A stretch of 64,000 nucleotides of DNA, from NCBI GenBank assembly GCA_963771375.1, contig CAVYTW010000010.1:90284-154283 (forward strand). The letters run 5' to 3'. The position numbers were made by a program, and so were the translations under genes. This DNA is from an uncultured Chloroflexia bacterium (GTDB lineage: Bacteria > Chloroflexota > Anaerolineae > Anaerolineales > Villigracilaceae). Under the pieces are notes generated by a model. It did no database searches, was not told where the DNA came from, and saw only the letters and a program-made list of their open reading frames with translations. Below, in pieces: positions 48,563 to 56,958 of this stretch (position 1 is the first letter of the stretch; each line of letters opens with the position of its first letter).

Positions 48563-49341
48563 TGAATACTCTTTTTGATATGATTTGGATTGAACTGCGA
48601 AAAGCAATCCGTTCTAGAATGCCTCTGTGGACTGCGTTGGGATCTCTGTTTATGCCGTTGGGAATCGCTTTCTTGATTTTTGTTTCCAAGAATCCGGAAA
48701 TTTCCCAAAAGCTTGGACTGGTCAGTGCCAAAGCCAACCTGATCGCATATTCCGCAACGGATTGGCCAACCTACCTCGGATTATTTGGCGAGGTTATCGC
48801 GGCGGGTGGAATCATTTTATTCGTATTGATCATAAGTTGGATATTTGGGCGCGAATTTGTAGATGGAACTTTGAAAGATATGCTCGCCGTTCCTGTTCAA
48901 CGCTCGAGCATACTCTTGGCAAAATATATTGTGGCGGCCGTCTGGTCGGTTGCACTGACGGTGATCATTTTCGTTGTCGGATTGACGATGGGCGCAATGA
49001 TCAATCTTCCAGGAGGCTCAATCAGTGTTTTTCTCCACGGCAGTATTCTCGTGACGATAACAGCTCTCCTGGCAATTGCAGTGACTTTACCATTTGCACT
49101 CTTTGCCAGCATGGGCAGAGGCTACTTGTTGCCTATCGGGCTGGCAGTTTTACTATTGATGATGACAGACTTAGTTGCAATCGTTGGCTGGGGCGAATAT
49201 TTTCCATGGGCTGTGCCAGGCCTGTATGCGCAGGGAAAGAGTCCTTTGGCAGCCATCAGTTATTGGATCGTGCTTTTGATTGGCCTAATGGGGATGATTG
49301 GAACGTATCTCTGGTGGAAATTTGCCGACCAAAATCGATAA
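48562..49341 (+). CDS. ABC-2-type exporter permease
   Basis: 6 TM helices. Start overlaps the ATPase stop (TAATG). No specific family motif recognised. Confidence 0.7.
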   Translation: MNTLFDMIWIELRKAIRSRMPLWTALGSLFMPLGIAFLIFVSKNPEISQKLGLVSAKANLIAYSATDWPTYLGLFGEVIAAGGIILFVLIISWIFGREFVDGTLKDMLAVPVQRSSILLAKYIVAAVWSVALTVIIFVVGLTMGAMINLPGGSISVFLHGSILVTITALLAIAVTLPFALFASMGRGYLLPIGLAVLLLMMTDLVAIVGWGEYFPWAVPGLYAQGKSPLAAISYWIVLLIGLMGMIGTYLWWKFADQNR

Positions 49342-49368
49342 GATTCGTAGACCCCTGTATTAATCACA

Positions 49369-49399
49369 AACCTCCGAGTTCTCTAAGAACTCAGAGGTT
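49369..49399 (+). terminator. Hairpin after the ABC-2 permease gene
   Basis: 'aacctccgagttc' (49369..49381) / 'gaactcagaggtt' (49387..49399), 12 of 13 paired. No clear U-tract. Confidence 0.4.
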
Positions 49400-49439
49400 C
49401 ATAATACGCATGGTAAAATGATGGGGCAAAGAGGAAACC

Positions 49440-50390
49440 GTGCCGCGAAAATCCCATCTCTCGATTGATATTGTCATCCCAGTTTTCAATGAAGCCGGTG
49501 TCGTTGAACAAACAAATGCCAATCTGTGCGCTGTCATTGATTCCGTTCCGTATACTTTTGCAATTTATTATGTTAACGATGGTTCGACGGATTCCACATC
49601 CGAGTTGCTGGCCGCGCTGGCAAAAAAGGATAAGCGTGTTCAGGTTATCGAGTTGAGCCGCAATTTCGGTCATCAGGCCGCGCTGACTGCGGGAATCGAT
49701 GCCTCACGCGGCGACCTGGTCATCACAATGGACTGCGACGGTCAGCATCCGCCGGAATTGATTCCAGAAATGGTCAATCTATTCAAACAAGGCTACGATG
49801 TGATTCAGGGCCAGCGGAGCGACGCCGTTGCGATGGGTACATTCAAAAAATGGACATCGGGAGGATTTTATAAAATCCTAAACATGATCAGCGGAACGCG
49901 TGTCCTTCCGGGGGCGGCGGATTTTCGAGCGATGTCGCGTCAGGCTGTGGATGCGCTTAAGGCAATGCCGGAATATCATCGCTTCTTGCGCGGCATGATC
50001 GTCTGGATGGGATATCGAAGCGTGATCCTGCCTTATAGCGAACCGGAGCGTATCGCGGGAAAGTCCAAGTATTCGATGGGGAAAATGATCCGTCTTGCAT
50101 CGGATGCGATCTTCTCCTTTTCGTTGATGCCGCTTTATATCGGATTGAGTGCGGGCTTTGTATTCATCATCCTTGCGCTGGCCCAAATGGTTTACGTTTT
50201 GGTCTTGTGGCTGACTCATCAAACAAATCGCATTGTCCCTGGCTGGAGTTCGTTGATGGCGGTTTTGCTGATTGCCAGCGGCATCATCATGATTTTGCTG
50301 GGCTTCATCGGCGTTTACGTGGGATACATTTTTCAGGAAGCGAAACATAGGCCGATTTACCTGATACGCCGCCCGAAGTCGGAGGAATGA
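49440..50390 (+). CDS. GT2 polyprenyl-phosphate glycosyltransferase (GtrB/DPM1-like)
   Basis: GTG start. 'IDIVIPVFNEAG...YVNDGSTDST...SRNFGHQAALTAGID...ITMDCDGQHPP' plus two C-terminal TM helices. Confidence 0.85.
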   Translation: MPRKSHLSIDIVIPVFNEAGVVEQTNANLCAVIDSVPYTFAIYYVNDGSTDSTSELLAALAKKDKRVQVIELSRNFGHQAALTAGIDASRGDLVITMDCDGQHPPELIPEMVNLFKQGYDVIQGQRSDAVAMGTFKKWTSGGFYKILNMISGTRVLPGAADFRAMSRQAVDALKAMPEYHRFLRGMIVWMGYRSVILPYSEPERIAGKSKYSMGKMIRLASDAIFSFSLMPLYIGLSAGFVFIILALAQMVYVLVLWLTHQTNRIVPGWSSLMAVLLIASGIIMILLGFIGVYVGYIFQEAKHRPIYLIRRPKSEE

Positions 50391-52300
50391 ACGTGACCCG
50401 TCGGACTTCTTTTCCGCTTTGGACAATTCCCGCGGCGCTCTTGGTGGTTGTGTGTGCGGCCTATGGTTTATTCGCGGCCCAGAACGGAATTCATTGGGAC
50501 GATTGGGCGATGATGTGGATCCCCGTTTTCCTGGGAAAAGAAGGCCTGATTAAATATTTCGCGGCGAGCCGCCCGCTCTGGGGATATTTCTATATTCTCA
50601 ATACATCCTGGATCGGTTCAAGCATTTTAGGATGGCAGGTTTTTGCGTTGATCTGGCGCTGGCTCGCGGCTGTGACTTTATGGTGGGTGCTTCATTTGAT
50701 GTGGCCAAGCAAATCCCGCGCCGTATTTTTCATGACGCTGTTCATTGTTTTATATCCCGGCTTCATGGAACATTCCGTTGTCATCACGTACGGGCATTTC
50801 TCGCTTATCTTTACCTTCTTTTTTCTCTCCATTGCTTTGATGCTCATCGGCGAACGCTATCCGCGTTATTATTGGCCCGCGCTGATCGGCGGGATCCTTT
50901 GCTCAGCGATCAATTTGTTTACGCTTGAATATTATTTTGGCATCGAGCTGCTGCGTCCGTTGTTGTTGTGGGTGGTGGTTTCAGAAATAACGCCGGAGAG
51001 AAGAAGCCAAATCAAGCGAACCCTGCTGGCTTATCTGCCTTATGCGATCGTGCTGTTATGTTTTATTCTATGGCGTATTTTTGGTTTTCATTCACAAGAT
51101 TATGGGATTGTTTTGGGTGCGAATAGTGGATTTTTGCAAACCTTGGTGACGATGCTATTACAAGTTCCCGGAGCGATATGGACTTCGAGTGTCGGTGCTT
51201 GGCTGGAAATATTTCGCTTTCCATCAACCACCGACTTTGGAATTTTTCTATCGGTCGTCTACTTCATTATCTTGTTGGGTTCATTTGCCGGATTGATCTT
51301 CTATGTCTCGCGGTTGAGGTCTTCTGAGAATCAAGCCAACTCGGCGACATCCGATAAAATAATCGTTGGACAATGGTTCATCATTGGCGCGTGCGCTTTG
51401 ATCACGGCAGGCATTCCATTCTATATTGTTGGCATTGAAGTTCGATTGGATTTTCCGGCAGATCGTTTCACCCAGCCATTCGCTTTTGGTGCAGCTTTTA
51501 TTTTGGCTGGATTGCTTGAGTTGATCCCATCCTTTTCGTGGCGCACAGTCCTTGCCTCGGCGCTGGTCGCGTTGGCGATTGGATTGCAAATCCAATCTGG
51601 GTTTTCCTTTCGCGAAGATTGGAAATTGCAGGAAGCCTATTTCTGGCAACTCTTCTGGCGCGCACCCTCCATCCAACCGGGCACGGCGGTTCTTTCCGAC
51701 AACACTATTTTTCCATATACCGATGATGATGCATTAACCATGCCGCTCAATTGGATCTATGCGCCGAATCAAAGGAATGGATCGCTCCCGTACGACCAAA
51801 TATTTTTCATTGTCAATGCCGGAAGGCCCATCCCGCTGACGCCCGGTGTGCCTCTCGCCAAGACAAAGGACGCGGTCAGTTTTCATGGCTCGACGAATGA
51901 GGCGCTCGTCGTTCAATTTACTCCGCCATCCTGCCTGCATGTTTTGAATCCGATGTATGATTCGGATTTGCCGGTTGCGCCTCTTTCGGGAGAGAACTAT
52001 AAAACGCTAACCAGCGTTGGCCTTCCACTGCTTGGCCGGAAGGATGAAACTGCGCTGCCACTTTCCAATCCTGCCTTGATTAAGCCTGCCGGTAATACAC
52101 CTGCCGCCTTGTCGAATCTTTTCGGAACCGAGCCGCCGCATACCTGGTGTTATTTTTTTGAAAAAGCGGATCTGGCCCGACAAGAAGGGGACTGGGCTCA
52201 AGTGGCTAAATTAGGTGATGAAGCCTTTGCCGTCCCTTATCTTCCGAATGACCCATCGGAGTATTTGCCATTCATCGAAGCCTATGCCCGATTGAATTGA
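50387..52300 (+). CDS. Large polytopic membrane protein, putative GT-C-fold glycosyltransferase (ArnT/PMT-like); in-frame TGA at 52298 followed by 56 more sense codons
   Basis: ATGA overlap with the GT2 gene. After TM1 comes the first loop 'GIHWDDWAMMW' (acidic DD pair, as in GT-C enzymes). About 12 TM helices, then a soluble C-terminal domain. After the TGA the same frame continues 'WNDAKQLTLSTADAMPILEPALCGLWQRV...QYCPVH' to TGA 52469..52471. Confidence 0.55.
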   Translation: MNVTRRTSFPLWTIPAALLVVVCAAYGLFAAQNGIHWDDWAMMWIPVFLGKEGLIKYFAASRPLWGYFYILNTSWIGSSILGWQVFALIWRWLAAVTLWWVLHLMWPSKSRAVFFMTLFIVLYPGFMEHSVVITYGHFSLIFTFFFLSIALMLIGERYPRYYWPALIGGILCSAINLFTLEYYFGIELLRPLLLWVVVSEITPERRSQIKRTLLAYLPYAIVLLCFILWRIFGFHSQDYGIVLGANSGFLQTLVTMLLQVPGAIWTSSVGAWLEIFRFPSTTDFGIFLSVVYFIILLGSFAGLIFYVSRLRSSENQANSATSDKIIVGQWFIIGACALITAGIPFYIVGIEVRLDFPADRFTQPFAFGAAFILAGLLELIPSFSWRTVLASALVALAIGLQIQSGFSFREDWKLQEAYFWQLFWRAPSIQPGTAVLSDNTIFPYTDDDALTMPLNWIYAPNQRNGSLPYDQIFFIVNAGRPIPLTPGVPLAKTKDAVSFHGSTNEALVVQFTPPSCLHVLNPMYDSDLPVAPLSGENYKTLTSVGLPLLGRKDETALPLSNPALIKPAGNTPAALSNLFGTEPPHTWCYFFEKADLARQEGDWAQVAKLGDEAFAVPYLPNDPSEYLPFIEAYARLN

Positions 52301-52472
52301 TGGAACGACGCAAAGCAATTGACTCTCTCGACGGCAGATGCCATGCCGATTCTTGAACCGGCTTTGTGCGGCCTCTGGCAAAGAGTGGATACGAATCCAT
52401 CCTTGTCAACTCAAGAGCATGGCTACATTCTAAAGATTGAGCAGCGTTTGCAATATTGTCCGGTTCATTGAG

Positions 52473-53090
52473 ATGATTGAACTCTCTTATTCTTTTACAT
52501 TTCTCCGTCATGGCGAATCCGTTGGCAATGCGGAGGAACGCTTTCAGGGCCAATCGGATTATCCTTTGACTGATGGAGGCCGTGCTCAAGCGCGCACTTT
52601 GGCGGAACGCTGGCTGAGGGATGGAGTCAAATTCGATTTGGCGGTGACCAGCTCTCTCGTCCGCGCGAAAGAGACGGCGGAGATTGTCGCCAGCGTTTTG
52701 AAAATCCCACTTGAAATTGATCCGACTTGGGTCGAACGGGATAACGGCGAATTATCCGGCTTGACGCGTGAAGAAGTCAACGAGCGATTTCCTGAACCTG
52801 AATTTAGAACGCCGTATGATTCTTTTGGCGAAAGCGGTGAAGGCGATTGGGAACTTTATTTGCGGGCGGGCAGAGCCGTGCATGAACTGATTAAGCGCCC
52901 GGCTGGAAAATATTTAATCGTGACGCACGGCGGCTTGTTAAATAAAGTGATGTATGCGATTCTTGGAATTCCGGTGCAAGCCAATTCAAACGGTCCGAGC
53001 TTTCGATTTGAAAACACCGGCTTCGCGACATTTCAATATGTGCCCTCACGTCATCAGTGGCGCATGATCCGATTCGAGTCTCCTGCATAG
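52473..53090 (+). CDS. Histidine phosphatase family protein (phosphoglycerate-mutase-like)
   Basis: Trimmed to the ATG at 52473. 'FTFLRHGESVGN...PLTDGGRAQA...VTSSLVRAKETA...IVTHGG'. Confidence 0.8.
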   Translation: MIELSYSFTFLRHGESVGNAEERFQGQSDYPLTDGGRAQARTLAERWLRDGVKFDLAVTSSLVRAKETAEIVASVLKIPLEIDPTWVERDNGELSGLTREEVNERFPEPEFRTPYDSFGESGEGDWELYLRAGRAVHELIKRPAGKYLIVTHGGLLNKVMYAILGIPVQANSNGPSFRFENTGFATFQYVPSRHQWRMIRFESPA

Positions 53091-53097
53091 GAACAAA

Positions 53098-54153
53098 ATG
53101 GCCAACCTTAAAATTTTATCTTTTGGCGCGGGAGCCATTGGCACCTATATCGGCGGCTCATTGGCATTGGCAGGCGAGCAAATTGTTTTTGTGGAACAAT
53201 CAGCGATTGCGGACGAATTGCGTCAGCGCGGTTTGCGTTTGAATCTAACGATAGATAAACGGCGCAAGACCAATCCAATTTTTACACTGCCTCCGTCCGC
53301 TTTTGTGGTGGCGCCATCGCTGGAAGACGCGTTGCGTTATGGTCCGTTCGATGTGGCTTTGTTCGCGCTCAAGTCCTTTGATACTTCATCCGCCTTGGAA
53401 AGCATGAAGGCTTTCGCCGAAAAACTTCCACCCATTCTTTGCCTATCGAACGGCGTCGATAATGAACCCGCTATTGCAAATGCTCTCGGCGCGGATAAAG
53501 TCATTCCTGGAACGGTGACCAGCGCGATTGGTCGACGCGGCGCCGGCGACATTGTTTTGGAAAAATTGCGCGGCATCGGCATCGCAACTTCGCATCCGCT
53601 TTCGGACAATTTGCTGGCTACTTCGAATTTAGCTTTTCTCAACGCTGAATCATTTTCCAACGCGGCCGCGATGAAATGGTCCAAGATGCTGACCAATCTC
53701 ATCGCCAATCCCACTTCCGCCATCCTTGACATGTCCGCCGCGGAAATCTTGGCATATCGAAAGCTTTATGAAATTGAAATCAAAATGTTGCGGGAATGCC
53801 TGGCTGTGATGAAGGCGCAGAAGATTCCGGTTGTGGATTTGCCGCGCACGCCGGTGCGTGCCTTGGCGTTCGCCACGCGTTTGCCATTGTGGATGTCGAA
53901 GCCATTTTTGTCCCGCGCCGCGGGCACCGGACGGGGCGGAAAGATGCCGTCGTTCCATATTGATTTATATTCCGGCCGCGGCAAATCGGAAGTGGAATAT
54001 TTGCATGGCGCGGTTGTCAGAGCCGGAGAAAAGTTTGGAGTCCCAACGCCGGTCAATAAAGTCCTGACCGAGACGTTGATGAAATTGACGAATAAGGAGA
54101 TTCCGCTGGAAGAGTTCGCACATCAACCGGAGAAATTATTGGCGCTTTTGTAA
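53098..54153 (+). CDS. panE: 2-dehydropantoate 2-reductase (ApbA/PanE family)
   Basis: 'KILSFGAGAIGTYIGGSLALAG' Rossmann N-terminus. C-terminal 'PSFHIDLYSGRGKSEVEYLHGAVVRAGEKFGVPTPVN'. Confidence 0.75.
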   Translation: MANLKILSFGAGAIGTYIGGSLALAGEQIVFVEQSAIADELRQRGLRLNLTIDKRRKTNPIFTLPPSAFVVAPSLEDALRYGPFDVALFALKSFDTSSALESMKAFAEKLPPILCLSNGVDNEPAIANALGADKVIPGTVTSAIGRRGAGDIVLEKLRGIGIATSHPLSDNLLATSNLAFLNAESFSNAAAMKWSKMLTNLIANPTSAILDMSAAEILAYRKLYEIEIKMLRECLAVMKAQKIPVVDLPRTPVRALAFATRLPLWMSKPFLSRAAGTGRGGKMPSFHIDLYSGRGKSEVEYLHGAVVRAGEKFGVPTPVNKVLTETLMKLTNKEIPLEEFAHQPEKLLALL

Positions 54154-54210
54154 GTGTTACACCTGCACTTGCAGGCAGGTGCAAGTGTTGCGAGTAGCGC
54201 GTTAGCGCCA

Positions 54211-54235
54211 AGCCTTCACATGAAGGCTGTTTTAT
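54211..54235 (+). terminator. Intrinsic terminator after panE
   Basis: 'agccttca ca tgaaggct' (54211..54228) followed by 'gttttat'. Confidence 0.6.
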
Positions 54236-54283
54236 CTCCGGTTAACTCACGGGTGATACAATAACCATCCTTCTGAAAATCTT

Positions 54284-55987
54284 ATGAGCGAAAAAATACG
54301 AGTTCAAATTGTCCAGCCGCGCTCCAACGTGGAAGTTCATCTTCCTCATGGGATCGTTCTATCAGGTCCGCGCGGCGCGCAGGCGGCGGAGTTCTTAAAA
54401 GCGGTTGAATTTCCGGCGCCGGTTGTAGCGGCCATTATCAACGATGACCTTCATGAGTTGACCTATCCGATTGATATGGATGCGCGCGTTCAGCCAGTGA
54501 TCATGTCCGACCCTGACGGTGCGCTGATCTATCGCCGCTCGTTGAACTTCTTATTGGAAATTGCTTTTGCTGACCTATTTCCCAAAGTCAAGTTGACCAT
54601 TGACCATTCGATTTCGTTCGGCGGATATTATTGTCAGGTCAGCGGACGCAAACCATTGTCCATGGAAGAGATCGCTTCGCTGAGATCGCACATGCAGGAG
54701 TTGATTCAAGCGGATTTGCCGTTCGAGCGAAAGGAAATCCCGCTGAAAGAAGCGATTGAATATTTCCGTTCGATCGGTTATGACGATAAAGTGCGTCTGC
54801 TTGGGTATCGTCAAAAAGATTATCTGACCCTTTATCGCTTTGGCAATCACATGGATTACCATCACGGTTACATGGTGCCTTCAACGAGTTATCTTAAATG
54901 GTTTGATTTATACGCGACCAATGGCGGTTTCACGCTTCGTTTCCCACGCCGACACGCGCCCACTCAACTTGAACCGGCGGGTGAATATCCCAAACTGCTT
55001 TTGGCATTTCGTCAGTACGGTGATTGGCTCAATCGTCTCGGTATTGATAACGTCGGCGCGCTGAACGACGCCATTCGAGCCGGACGCGAGCACGAGATTG
55101 TCTTGGTCTCCGAAGCATTGCATGAACAAAATGTGGCCGAGATCGCGCAACAGATCGAAGAGAAAAAATCGCACATCGTTCTGATTGCCGGGCCGTCATC
55201 TTCCGGCAAGACCACGTTCTCGCGCCGCCTCACGATTCAACTGCTGGCGTTGGGCATCTCGCCTTATCCGCTTGAACTCGATAATTATTTTTTGGATCGC
55301 GATCAAACACCGCTCGGTGAAGATGGTCAACCAGACTTTGAAGCACTGGAAGCGGTTGATCTTAAATTGCTTGCGGGCCATCTTGACAAATTAATTGCCG
55401 GTGAAAAGGTTCAATTGCCGCACTATAACTTCAAGACTGGCAAGCGCGAAGCAGGCGAACATTTGCAATTGCAACACAGACAGCCGATCATCATGGAAGG
55501 CATTCACGGACTCGATCCACGCCTCTTGCCCTCGACTTTGAGCGGGCGCGCCTTCAAGATTTACGTTTCGGCTCTGACGCAACTCAACCTCGACCGCCAT
55601 AACCGCGTCTCGACGACGGACACACGCCTCATCCGCCGCATCGTCCGCGATGCGCAGGAGCGTGGTTATAACGCCGCGCAGACCATCTCGCGCTGGGAGT
55701 CAGTCCGCCGCGGCGAGAAGAAACATATCTTTCCATATCAGGAAAACGCCGACGTAATGTTCAACTCGGCGCTGGTGTATGAACTATCCGCCCTCAAGCC
55801 GTTCGTCGAGCCGTTGCTGCGGCAAGTGGAACATGGCGCACCGGAATACATCGAAGCCAAACGATTGCTGGCCTTTCTCGAATGGTTCCTGCCCATTGAT
55901 GCAGATGTGATCCCCGAAAATTCCATCGTGCGCGAATTCATTGGCGGCTCGATTCTAAAAGACTTTACGATTTGGAAGCATAAATAA
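54284..55987 (+). CDS. Uridine-kinase/phosphoribulokinase-family P-loop kinase with long ThrRS-like N-terminal extension
   Basis: P-loop 'IAGPSSSGKTTFSRRL' at about residue 300, then 'LELDNYF', 'DFEALEAVD', 'IMEGIHGL'. The N-terminal ~280 aa resembles the TGS/second-additional-domain region found in this fused kinase family. Confidence 0.65.
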   Translation: MSEKIRVQIVQPRSNVEVHLPHGIVLSGPRGAQAAEFLKAVEFPAPVVAAIINDDLHELTYPIDMDARVQPVIMSDPDGALIYRRSLNFLLEIAFADLFPKVKLTIDHSISFGGYYCQVSGRKPLSMEEIASLRSHMQELIQADLPFERKEIPLKEAIEYFRSIGYDDKVRLLGYRQKDYLTLYRFGNHMDYHHGYMVPSTSYLKWFDLYATNGGFTLRFPRRHAPTQLEPAGEYPKLLLAFRQYGDWLNRLGIDNVGALNDAIRAGREHEIVLVSEALHEQNVAEIAQQIEEKKSHIVLIAGPSSSGKTTFSRRLTIQLLALGISPYPLELDNYFLDRDQTPLGEDGQPDFEALEAVDLKLLAGHLDKLIAGEKVQLPHYNFKTGKREAGEHLQLQHRQPIIMEGIHGLDPRLLPSTLSGRAFKIYVSALTQLNLDRHNRVSTTDTRLIRRIVRDAQERGYNAAQTISRWESVRRGEKKHIFPYQENADVMFNSALVYELSALKPFVEPLLRQVEHGAPEYIEAKRLLAFLEWFLPIDADVIPENSIVREFIGGSILKDFTIWKHK

Positions 55988-55990
55988 GAG

Positions 55991-56017
55991 AAGAGCGGAC
56001 TTTCAAAGTCCGCTCTT
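55991..56017. terminator. Bidirectional hairpin between convergent genes
   Basis: 'aagagcggac' (55991..56000), loop tttcaaa, 'gtccgctctt' (56008..56017): a perfect 10-bp stem. Confidence 0.65.
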
Positions 56018-56018
56018 C

Positions 56019-56400
56019 TTATGCCTGACGAATATTTGAATTAGGGTTATAACCTTTTTCACCGAATGGTTGTAACTTTTCGAGCCAAATCATTTCAAGC
56101 AGAGTCAATTCATCGCTTAAAATTAAAATTGGGATCATCCTTAACGGTCACGGTTTCCAAAATTTCAAAGACAAAATGATCCTCGCCATATTGATTCCAT
56201 TCCTGTTGAAGCATCTTATTGCGATGGCTTCCGATGTTGAGCATAAAGCGATGACTGTTTAACGGACCTTCGAGGTTCAAACTGCTTCCAAGCAATACTT
56301 TTCCGTTGGCTGTATTTTTGATCTGAAAAACGCCTGCCGGTTTGGGACGTTTCATGTATTCCTGATTTAATTCTTTTCTTGATTTTTTCGATTGATCCAT
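56019..56400 (-). pseudogene. Small GIY-YIG nuclease-family protein; frame broken in an A/T run near 56113..56130
   Basis: ORF 56110..56400: 'PKPAGVFQIKNTANGKVLLGSSLNLEGPLNSHRFML..GSHRNKMLQQEWNQYGEDHFVFEILE' (GIY...YIG-type core). A shifted frame continues 'LSDELTLLEMIWLEKLQPFGEKGYNPNSNIRQA' to TAA 56019..56021, the usual C-terminus of this family. Confidence 0.7.
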
Positions 56401-56431
56401 GATGATTATCCTAAGCGCGCGGCTTTATTGA

Positions 56432-56875
56432 TTATTGAGATATGCGAAGGTATTTCTTGAAAATTTTCTTTGACTCCGAGAGTTGGTTCCCAAACCAAAT
56501 GTTTAGCTCTGCCTCTTCTGCAGAAAGTTTGCTTCGTTCTTCTCCAATCGGGAGATTTTGATCTGAGAGTTTTTCATTTAAGTATCTTAATTTAGAACCC
56601 TTCAAGCGAAGATTATCAATATACTTCTCAACACCCTCACCGAATAGGAAAAACGCATCCTGAGTTTCTTCGTTGAACTTAAAGAAATCATCATTAGAAA
56701 GATTTGCATAACGACCAGCAGACAAAATGAAGTTTTTCACTCCTTGATAAACAGCGTATCTTTTCTCAAACATTTCAAGTACGAACTTCATACGATGCTG
56801 CTGAATAGCAATATATGTAGTGACTACTGCGATAACTAGGATAAGAATGGCTGATAAAAGTTGAATGAATTGCAT
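56432..56875 (-). CDS. Hypothetical protein, N-terminal TM helix + helical domain (low GC)
   Basis: 147 aa: 'MQFIQLLSAILILVIAVVTTYIAI', then a Lys/Glu-rich helical region. No family recognised. Visibly AT-rich. Confidence 0.45.
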   Translation of the reverse strand: MQFIQLLSAILILVIAVVTTYIAIQQHRMKFVLEMFEKRYAVYQGVKNFILSAGRYANLSNDDFFKFNEETQDAFFLFGEGVEKYIDNLRLKGSKLRYLNEKLSDQNLPIGEERSKLSAEEAELNIWFGNQLSESKKIFKKYLRISQ

Positions 56876-56958
56876 ATTGATTATTAATATGATTATATCA
56901 TTCCCGATCTATTCACTTTCCATAATCAGCTATAATCGAAAAACTTTGTAGGAACACA

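Noticed and set aside
52298..52300. TGA reassigned to an amino acid (genetic code 4/25) or selenocysteine, as an explanation for the in-frame TGA
   Set aside because: Many well-delimited genes in the window terminate at TGA exactly where homologs end (the kinase at 16331..16333, gcvPA, thiQ-like, mntP, pfkA). I saw no SECIS-like hairpin immediately downstream. A point substitution is simpler.
54155..54190. Interleaved inverted repeats 'CACCTG CACTTGC agg CAGGTG CAAGTG' that could form an H-type pseudoknot after panE
   Set aside because: The stems are only 6-7 bp, there is no second copy or conservation evidence, and a conventional terminator follows at 54211. This is probably a chance or terminator-associated structure.
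56876..56958. yybP-ykoY manganese riboswitch upstream of mntP
   Set aside because: The leader is only 83 nt, very AT-rich, and lacks the conserved 'GGGGAGUAG'/'GAGACA'-type cores.
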